A stretch of DNA of 64,000 nt. It comes from Candidatus Omnitrophota bacterium (GTDB taxonomy: Bacteria > Omnitrophota > Gorgyraeia > Zapsychrales > Zapsychraceae). Of the stretch, positions 57,545 through 64,000 are shown in pieces (position 1 is the stretch's first letter; every line of letters begins with the position of its first letter). The stretch is taken from contig JADFYJ010000001.1 in assembly GCA_015233115.1 (NCBI GenBank), positions 3,084-67,083 of the forward strand, read 5' to 3'. Made by a program: the position numbers and the translations under genes. The notes under the pieces are model-generated. The model had not been told where the DNA came from. It ran no database searches and worked only from the letters and a program-made list of their open reading frames with translations.

Positions 57545-58471
57545 ATGCATTTTGGACAAAAAGCAAAAATGCTTCATGAATTAAAAGGTTTGGAAGATTC
57601 CAAAGAGAATATTTGCGGTCACAAAACGCTTTTGAATCCAAATATAAACAGCAAAAAGAACGAGCATAAAAATAGTTTTTTGGATTTTTTGTCTTCAAAA
57701 GTTAAAGCCTTTAGTGAATTTGAAGATATGGCATCTTTTGCCGCCAGTATTTTGCGGGCCTCTAGTTATCCATTTTTTGTCGTCGATAAAAATATGAAAA
57801 TTCAATATATGAATCCGTCCTGTTTGGATTTTACCGGATTGAAACTGAATGACGTGATTGGAAAAATTAATTGCATGAGTGTTTTCAATAGCAATTTATG
57901 TGAAAAAAATTGCGCTATAAAACAGGCCATGTCGACAAAGAAATCTGTGATTGGCAAAAGAGTGCGGGTACAAGATAAATTAGGAAGAGAACATACAATT
58001 ATTGTTTCAGCTGGACCGCTTATTGACAATAAAGGAAAAGTTTTAGGCGGATTTGAGGTGTGGCGAGATGCCATGGCCGAAGAAGAAGTGTCTTTGCGTA
58101 TTAACCGTTTTCTGGAAATGTTGAAAGAGTATTACCGGAACATGGATGGGTTTCTTGAAAAGATTGAAAAAAGACCATTTTCGAAAGAATTGGAAAGCAA
58201 AGAACATTGGAACAGTTTGATCTGTGATATGAAGAAGCAGACCAAGGACTTACAAAATTATAGCCGTAATTTTTTAAAATCCAGCTGCTGGGACATATTG
58301 AATTGTCCGCCAGAGCGGCAAATTCAATGCCCGTCTTTTCCCAATCGTGGAACTAAATGTTGGGAAGTAAATTATACTTGGTGCGACGGACAGATGCAGG
58401 GTCTCGCATCCGATAAAAAAAATAAATGTAAAAAGTGTATGGTTTTTATCAGGGAAAAGACTTTGCGGTAA
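57545..58471 (+). CDS. PAS-domain protein with C-terminal cysteine/tryptophan-rich putative metal- or redox-sensing domain
   Basis: PAS core (FFVVDKNMKIQYMNPSCLDFTGLKLNDVIGK...); C-terminal CWDILNCP..C...C..W...W.C...CKKC; start set at ATG 57545 (GAAAGG RBS). Confidence 0.55.
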   Translation: MHFGQKAKMLHELKGLEDSKENICGHKTLLNPNINSKKNEHKNSFLDFLSSKVKAFSEFEDMASFAASILRASSYPFFVVDKNMKIQYMNPSCLDFTGLKLNDVIGKINCMSVFNSNLCEKNCAIKQAMSTKKSVIGKRVRVQDKLGREHTIIVSAGPLIDNKGKVLGGFEVWRDAMAEEEVSLRINRFLEMLKEYYRNMDGFLEKIEKRPFSKELESKEHWNSLICDMKKQTKDLQNYSRNFLKSSCWDILNCPPERQIQCPSFPNRGTKCWEVNYTWCDGQMQGLASDKKNKCKKCMVFIREKTLR

Positions 58472-58528
58472 GGAATAGCAGGTCGTAAATAAAACGACAA
58501 ATATTGAAAATACTACAAGGGAAATAAC

Positions 58529-59650
58529 ATGTCAGTTGAAAATGCAAAATCATATTATTTAGGAAAAGATGGCTGCAAAAAATCGAATTGCGCGGAAGCT
58601 GTGGCTCATGCCTTTAAAGATAAATTTAACATGACGGACGAGGAAATTGCGTTATTCGCTCGCTGGGGCGGCGGACAGTCGCCAGAGGGGCAGTGCGGCT
58701 CATTATACGCGGCAAAGGTGATGTTGGAAAAAAAGTATCCAGAGCAAATCAAGGTCTGCGAAAGTGTTTTTTTATCAACCGCTGGTTCGCTTAAATGTAA
58801 AGACATCCGTTCCTTAAAGAAGTTGTCATGTTTAGGATGTGTCGAAAAAGCGGGAGAATTTTTAGATCAAATTGATGATTCCGGAGGCCAGATTATAAAA
58901 GATAAAAGTGATTTATCGGGAGGGGATAAGAAAATAATCGATGCGTGTGGATTGCAGTGTCCGGGTCCGATTATGCTCATCAAGCAGGCCATTGACCAAA
59001 TTCAGTTTGGTGAAACGATTGAAATCGCGGCTACAGATCCCGCCTTTCCGGCTGATGTGCGGGCATGGTGTCAGAGCACTGGAAATGAATTGGTCAATTT
59101 AAAATTGGAACACGGTCGTACTATAGCTATTATACGAAAAAAGGAAAAATTAGCCGTTGCGGGAACGCCGGTTAACGGAGTTCTGTCAAAAACAATTGTG
59201 GTTTTTAGCAGTGATTTTGATAAAGTTATTGCTTCTTTTGTTATTGCTACCGGCGCAGCGGCTATGGGAAGTAAAGTGACAATGTTTTTCACGTTTTGGG
59301 GTTTGAATGTTCTGCGCAGGTCAGAATCTGTTCCGGTGAAAAAGAATTTAGTTGAGCAGATGTTTGGCTGGATGATGCCCAGAGGCGCTGACAAGCTTTC
59401 GCTTTCTAAAATGAACATGTCCGGAGCCGGGACATGGATGATTAAGGAAATCATGAAGAAAAAAAATATTTCTTCTTTGCCGGAATTTATGCTGAGCGCC
59501 AAGCAATCAGGAGTAAGGCTGGTAGCTTGTACTATGTCTATGGATCTCATGGGTATCAAACCAGAAGAGCTGATTGAGGGCGTAGAATTCGGCGGTGTAG
59601 CTACTTATCTGGAGCAGGCGGATCAGGGGAATGTGAATTTATTTATTTAA
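58529..59650 (+). CDS. three-domain fusion: C_GCAxxG_C_C-type redox module + TusA-like + DsrE/DsrF-like
   Basis: N-terminus CKKSNCAEAVAHAF...QCGSLYAA...LSCLGC; middle CGLQCPGPIMLIKQAI (CPxP TusA motif); C-terminus DsrE-like with ACTMS cysteine. Confidence 0.6.
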   Translation: MSVENAKSYYLGKDGCKKSNCAEAVAHAFKDKFNMTDEEIALFARWGGGQSPEGQCGSLYAAKVMLEKKYPEQIKVCESVFLSTAGSLKCKDIRSLKKLSCLGCVEKAGEFLDQIDDSGGQIIKDKSDLSGGDKKIIDACGLQCPGPIMLIKQAIDQIQFGETIEIAATDPAFPADVRAWCQSTGNELVNLKLEHGRTIAIIRKKEKLAVAGTPVNGVLSKTIVVFSSDFDKVIASFVIATGAAAMGSKVTMFFTFWGLNVLRRSESVPVKKNLVEQMFGWMMPRGADKLSLSKMNMSGAGTWMIKEIMKKKNISSLPEFMLSAKQSGVRLVACTMSMDLMGIKPEELIEGVEFGGVATYLEQADQGNVNLFI

Positions 59651-59738
59651 AATTAATTTGTACAAAGGGCTGAATCCGTTTTGCTCTTGACGAATACAAA
59701 AGAATATATTATATTCAAAATAGAAATGAGGTGATCAT

Positions 59739-59981
59739 ATGTCCAAGACAATAACCATGAGACTTTCCGATGAGGATTATAAGGTGATTTCCAGCGCGGC
59801 TCATCATGAACGACGGCCGATTTCAAATTTTATTACGCATAGGGTCATGGAGGCAATTGCCAATATGAATACTGTTGATGATGCGGAGATGAAGGAAATT
59901 GTTTCTGATGCCAAGGTAATGAAAAGTATCGGAAGAGGTCAAAAGCTATTTGCGCAAGGGAAGGGCCGGCTCGTTGTTTAA
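59739..59981 (+). CDS. ribbon-helix-helix antitoxin (CopG/DUF1778-like)
   Basis: 80 aa; KTITMRLSDEDYKVISSAAHHERRPISNFI = RHH strand-helix. Confidence 0.55.
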   Translation: MSKTITMRLSDEDYKVISSAAHHERRPISNFITHRVMEAIANMNTVDDAEMKEIVSDAKVMKSIGRGQKLFAQGKGRLVV

Positions 59982-60261
59982 TTTTCAAATTTTTGAAACA
60001 CAAGACTACCTTGACCATCTTGAAGAACTGCTAGGGAAAAAACAAGAAACTTTTAATAAAAAACTTCAGGAATATGTTTACCCGCAGCTTAGGAACCAAC
60101 CATATTTTGGAAAAAATATTAAAAAATTAAAAGCCTGTTCTTATCCGACCTGGCGTTATCGTGTTGGAGATATTCGTCTTTTCTACCAAATTGATTCCCT
60201 TGGAAACATTGTTCTTTTGACCGCCGCCATGCTTCGTAAAGACGCGTACCGCAATATTTGA
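59950..60261 (+). CDS. type II toxin, RelE/ParE family
   Basis: C-terminal YRVGDIRLFYQID..IVLLTAA...KD signature; overlaps the antitoxin; start codon uncertain. Confidence 0.6.
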   Translation: MRKGRAGSLFNFQIFETQDYLDHLEELLGKKQETFNKKLQEYVYPQLRNQPYFGKNIKKLKACSYPTWRYRVGDIRLFYQIDSLGNIVLLTAAMLRKDAYRNI

Positions 60262-60480
60262 TAGAGAGATTGCTTATTTCCGTAAAGTCGGTACTCACGA
60301 TCTTTTAAGAAATCCATAAATAATCACATTATTTGCTGTTTTGTTACGCTAAAAACATTTTAAAACTTTTTATTTATTAATTATATATATATAGTATACT
60401 ACTTCAGATCATCCAAAAATGAATTCATTCTAAGCCGCAAACTTCAAAAAATAATTTACGTAAAAGGGTTTATCTATATA

Positions 60481-60822
60481 ATGTTTTCGCCCATTAAGAA
60501 TCAAATGGTCTCTTTTTTGACCGAACAGGCTCGCGCGGGAATCAAAAAACTTGATAAAAATTCTTTAGCTGCGCAGGAATTAAGCGAACTGGATGTGGAT
60601 ACAGTATTAAAAGAAGATATTCAGCAATTCTGCGATGTGATGACCTTTCCTGAGATGGTCAAGATTATGTCTTTAGGCGCGACTATAAAATTAAATGCTG
60701 ATTCAGAAAACGCGAAAGCGGACATTAAAAAGATCGCTAAAACTTTGGTGGAACGGGTAGAAAAGAAACAGGTAAAAATTAAAACTCCGGAATCGTGCCG
60801 CGAGTTGCTTTTTAATCTTTAA
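60481..60822 (+). CDS. hypothetical protein (113 aa)
   Basis: intact ORF, lysine-rich C-terminus, no recognisable family. Confidence 0.4.
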   Translation: MFSPIKNQMVSFLTEQARAGIKKLDKNSLAAQELSELDVDTVLKEDIQQFCDVMTFPEMVKIMSLGATIKLNADSENAKADIKKIAKTLVERVEKKQVKIKTPESCRELLFNL

Positions 60823-60837
60823 AGGGGACGGTATTTT

Positions 60838-60935
60838 TAATATGATGGTTGTTGGTTGTTAGTTTTTGGTTGATGGTCGAAGAAATTAATCGTTTTTTCC
60901 AAAAACCAAAAACCATCATCCATCAACGGGAAATT
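60838..60935. repeat. GTTG/CAAC heptad element
   Basis: gatggttgttggttgttagtttttggttgatggtcgaagaaattaatcgttttttccaaaaaccaaaaaccatcatccatcaacgg. Confidence 0.65.
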
Positions 60936-60970
60936 AAATAACCGTTTTCTGATTTTAAGAAGGGAATATA

Positions 60971-61834
60971 ATGAAATCGTTTTTTATTAAAATATTTATG
61001 GTCATTGCGGCCGCTTTTTGTTTGGCAGAAGGGCTGGTTTTGGTCGCTGTTGGATTGGGCCGTCTTACTCCGGAAAAATTACAGCAGTTATACGCCGCTT
61101 TACTCGCCGCGCCGAAAGCTTTGTCTATTATTTTAGGCGTAGGTTTATTCTTTGTTATTTTGGGTTTCATCCTTTTGATTTTGTCATCAAGAACTAAACC
61201 TGTGCCGCCCACAATTCAGGTCGAAAAAGATGGACGGACATTAAATATTCCTCAATTGGCGGTCAAAGATTTTATTATGCAGATTCTGGAACAAAATCCT
61301 TATACCAGCGATTTTACAGTCGCGTTTGAACGTAAAGGCAAAGGACCTGAGCTGGATATTATGATCACCTTAGCGCTGAATGGTGTATCTTCGATATATG
61401 AAGAATTAAATAAAATTGAAGATGTGGTTAAAACTGAATTGGAACGTGTTTTTGATTTAAAAGATTTCAAATTTGTGTTTCTTTTAAGAGGTGTCGCTGG
61501 AGATCCCAAGAAAAAATATTTTGCGTCTCCTGAATCTGAAGAACAGCCTGCCGCTGAGCAAAATTTATCTGTCCCGGAAATGATCGCTGTCAAAGCCAGT
61601 GATAAAGCCGCGACAAAGGTTGCTAGTGACGATGATCTTTTCAGGAAAATTTCTGATGATGATGCCAGCGAAGCGTCGGATGAATCTGCTGAAGTAATTG
61701 AACCGGCAGAAGAGATTGAAGAGGTTGAAGAAGCCGAGGAAGACGACGAAGTGCCGGTTATGAAACGTAAAGTTATGAAGAAGAATAAATCTAAAGATGC
61801 TTCTTTGCTTTCAAAGATGTTATGGGGAAAATAA
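60971..61834 (+). CDS. membrane protein with Asp23-like middle region and strongly acidic C-terminal tail
   Basis: 2 TM; C-terminal DDASEASDESAEVIEPAEEIEEVEEAEEDDEV; 13-nt overlap with feoB suggests co-translation. Confidence 0.5.
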   Translation: MKSFFIKIFMVIAAAFCLAEGLVLVAVGLGRLTPEKLQQLYAALLAAPKALSIILGVGLFFVILGFILLILSSRTKPVPPTIQVEKDGRTLNIPQLAVKDFIMQILEQNPYTSDFTVAFERKGKGPELDIMITLALNGVSSIYEELNKIEDVVKTELERVFDLKDFKFVFLLRGVAGDPKKKYFASPESEEQPAAEQNLSVPEMIAVKASDKAATKVASDDDLFRKISDDDASEASDESAEVIEPAEEIEEVEEAEEDDEVPVMKRKVMKKNKSKDASLLSKMLWGK

Positions 61835-63846
61835 TGTCCAATTGTCACGCGGGAATTCAGCCCACAAAAAACTCTTCTGAAGCGCAGGAGAAAGTCGTTT
61901 CTCCTCAGAGTATTCCCGACATGAATAATCTTAAAAAAGTCGCTATTATCGGCCTTCCCAATACGGGTAAAACTCAAATCTTTAATAATTTAACCGGCGA
62001 ATACAATATTGTCGCGAATTATCCGGGAACGACCATTGAAATGAAGCGTTCGGTCGCGCGGATTAATGATCAATATTATGAGATCATCGATACTCCGGGA
62101 CTGCATTGCTTGTATATCCATTCGGAAGAAGAGATCGCGGTCCGGGATATGATTTTTTCAGAACGGCCGGACATTATTGTGCAGTGCATTGACGCCAGCC
62201 AGTATAAACAATCCTTTTTATTGACAGCGGAACTTTTGGAATTAGAAACGCCGATGGTGGTCGTCCTTAATTCCATGGACGAAACAGCCCGTAAAGGGAT
62301 ATGGATTGATTCTGTTGAATTGGAAAAGCGGTTGGGTATTCCGGTCGTTGAATGTATAGCTTTGCGCGGATTAGGGAAAGAAGAACTGAAGAAAGCCATT
62401 GCTAAAGCGCGGACTGGTTCTTTAGATGTAAAATACGGCTTTCAAATTGAAAACTGCATTAATGAGTTAACGTCTGTTCTGCCTTTTGATCTGGATTTTA
62501 AATATAAAATTGCTTCGCTCTATTTACTTAATGATCCATTTGTAGAAAAATATTTGGAGAGTAAATTCGGGGCAGAAAAAATTTTATCCGTGCGGGTGGC
62601 GTTTAATAAATTTCGCCGTCAGCTTAAAGGGAATGTCCGGCAGGTGATTACTGACAAACGCAGCCAATGGGTCAATAATTTAACTGAAACTGTAGTCAAA
62701 CAACAGAAGATGATCTATCAGGGGTTTTCCCATCATTTTACTCAAGCGAGCCGCCATCCTGTCTTAGGTATCCCGATATTTTTATTTTTTATGGCCATTG
62801 TTTACTTGGCTGTGGTGTATGTGTCTGGAGCTATTGATAAATTTATTACCTTCGCGGCTGTCACACCGGTGACGGGTTTTATTAATTCATGGCCTTTGCC
62901 GGTATTTTGGAAAGACTTGTTGATCGGGCCGCACGGGATATTAACTCTCGGTGTTTTTAACGCGATCTGCACTGTGCTTCCGATACTTACGGTTTTCTTT
63001 TTTATATTTGGCTGTTTTGAAGACAGCGGCTATATTACCAATTTTACGGTTCTTTCTAAACGGATATTCGCTAAAATCGGTATTCCTGGGAACGCCATTA
63101 CGTCTTTGGTTTTAGGATTTGGATGCAAGACCATGGCGACGTTGAGTACCAGATCTTTGACGATTCCTAAGGAAAAATTTATTGCGGTTTTTTTGATAGC
63201 GTTTGCAATTCCTTGTTCTGCACAATTGAGCATATCAATGGCCATTTTAGCCAGAGTAGGCTTGAGCGCGTTTTTAATTGTTTTGGGCGCATTGGTGGTT
63301 AGTGAAATGGGAGCGGGAATTATTTTGAATAAAATCATTAAGGGGAAAACGGAAAGTTGCTTTATTCAGGTGATACCGCCTATGCGTTTTCCCAGTTTGC
63401 GCGCTGTTTTTATTAAAACTTATTATCGGATTGTTTCATTTTTAAAAGAAGCTCTGCCGATTTTTATTCTGTCTGCCGCTGGACTTTTTATTTTTGATAA
63501 AACTGGTTTATTAGCCATGACCAAGCAGGCTTTGACGCCAATGGTGGTTGGCTGGATGGGGTTACCAAAAGATATTATTGATGTTTTTCTTTTAGCATTG
63601 GCACGACGGGAAGCAGCCGCAGGCCTGATTTTGAAAATGGTGGATTCGCACGCGTTAAATTATATTCAATCGATTGTCGCTGTCGTGGTTACAACTATTT
63701 CTTTTCCCTGTGTCGCAAACGTCATCGCGATTGGCAAAGAAATGGGTTGGAAAACCGCGGTCGCCATGACTGTCATGATTTTTGCGACATCTTTTTTGTT
63801 GATTGGAATGTTGAATGGGCTATTAAAAGTAGTATGTGGCGTCTAG
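61822..63846 (+). CDS. feoB: ferrous iron transport protein B
   Basis: G-domain GLPNTGKTQIFNNLTG, DTPG, NxxD; C-terminal gate/permease TM domains; the true start may be a downstream ATG. Confidence 0.9.
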   Translation: MGKIMSNCHAGIQPTKNSSEAQEKVVSPQSIPDMNNLKKVAIIGLPNTGKTQIFNNLTGEYNIVANYPGTTIEMKRSVARINDQYYEIIDTPGLHCLYIHSEEEIAVRDMIFSERPDIIVQCIDASQYKQSFLLTAELLELETPMVVVLNSMDETARKGIWIDSVELEKRLGIPVVECIALRGLGKEELKKAIAKARTGSLDVKYGFQIENCINELTSVLPFDLDFKYKIASLYLLNDPFVEKYLESKFGAEKILSVRVAFNKFRRQLKGNVRQVITDKRSQWVNNLTETVVKQQKMIYQGFSHHFTQASRHPVLGIPIFLFFMAIVYLAVVYVSGAIDKFITFAAVTPVTGFINSWPLPVFWKDLLIGPHGILTLGVFNAICTVLPILTVFFFIFGCFEDSGYITNFTVLSKRIFAKIGIPGNAITSLVLGFGCKTMATLSTRSLTIPKEKFIAVFLIAFAIPCSAQLSISMAILARVGLSAFLIVLGALVVSEMGAGIILNKIIKGKTESCFIQVIPPMRFPSLRAVFIKTYYRIVSFLKEALPIFILSAAGLFIFDKTGLLAMTKQALTPMVVGWMGLPKDIIDVFLLALARREAAAGLILKMVDSHALNYIQSIVAVVVTTISFPCVANVIAIGKEMGWKTAVAMTVMIFATSFLLIGMLNGLLKVVCGV

Positions 63847-63882
63847 TAGATACGTTTTGTGGTTGTTTGTAATTGTAAGTCT

Positions 63883-64000
63883 TGTTGTAGGGGCGATCAC
63901 CTGATCGCCCGTGACAAAATTGTCGCATTTGTGTCAATTGTATATGTGACAAAATTGTGCTTTTTGTTAATTGATTTTTTAATGTTAAAAAGCGATTGAT
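63883..64000. repeat. palindromic TIR element (copy D, truncated by window end)
   Basis: gttgtaggggcgatcacctgatcgcccgtgacaaaattgtcgc...aaaagcgattgat. Confidence 0.6.

Noticed and set aside
61300-61977. 225-aa minus-strand ORF rich in Ser
   Set aside because: It is antisense to the acidic-tail protein and the feoB start. The poly-Ser translation is the mirror of the GAA/GAT-rich sense strand. It is spurious.
61822-63846. Calling feoB a dedicated magnetosome gene (feoB1/mamFeoB)
   Set aside because: I cannot distinguish a magnetosome-specific from a housekeeping FeoB from sequence alone without phylogeny. It is reported only as feoB at the cluster edge.

Overview
The window is an AT-rich bacterial chromosomal segment, almost entirely coded on the + strand. 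The first ~29 kb is ordinary housekeeping and signalling content. It holds ridA, a LemA/M48-peptidase pair, recG, a RelBE-like toxin-antitoxin pair, rsmD, coaD, yceD-rpmF-plsX-fabH-fabD, a GAF histidine kinase, a receiver protein, a GAF-HD-GYP protein and serS. It also holds an Rrf2 regulator, a porin, the sulfate ABC transporter sbp-cysTWA, a CHASE2-PP2C protein with an RsbW/RsbV-like partner switch, and apbE. From about 29.7 kb to the end of the window the content changes. I interpret this part as a magnetosome gene cluster (MGC). It has three proteins with tandem magnetochrome motifs (PHEYRGxCxxCH). It also has two cation-diffusion-facilitator genes (MamB/MamM-like), a TPR protein (MamA-like), a second LemA paralog (MamQ-like) and a trypsin/PDZ protease (MamE-Nter/MamO-like). 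Further candidates are a TauE/SafE permease (MamO-Cter-like), a PDZ-fused ArsB/NhaD-type permease (MamN-like), an unannotated 56-aa MamI-like ORF, several PDZ proteins, two excisionase-type HTH proteins (MamR-like) and feoB. The split protease/permease organisation resembles deep-branching magnetotactic lineages; this is inference. A complete siroheme-dependent (alternative, Ahb-type) heme biosynthesis operon lies in the middle of the cluster: sirC-hemA-hemC-cobA/hemD-radical SAM-hemB-radical SAM-ahbA-ahbB-hemL. This would be a dedicated heme supply for the c-type magnetochrome hemes. Also unusual are a NifX/NifB-like + multi-zinc-ribbon + double-magnetochrome protein and a C_GCAxxG/TusA/DsrE-like fusion protein. 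The intergenic space is dense with repeats of at least five families. These are a ~120-nt structured element with compensatory hairpin substitutions, a palindromic TIR element, GTTG/CAAC heptad arrays, GTNAC octamer arrays that bracket spacers, and a large terminator-like hairpin. No rRNA, tRNA or CRISPR array was recognised.
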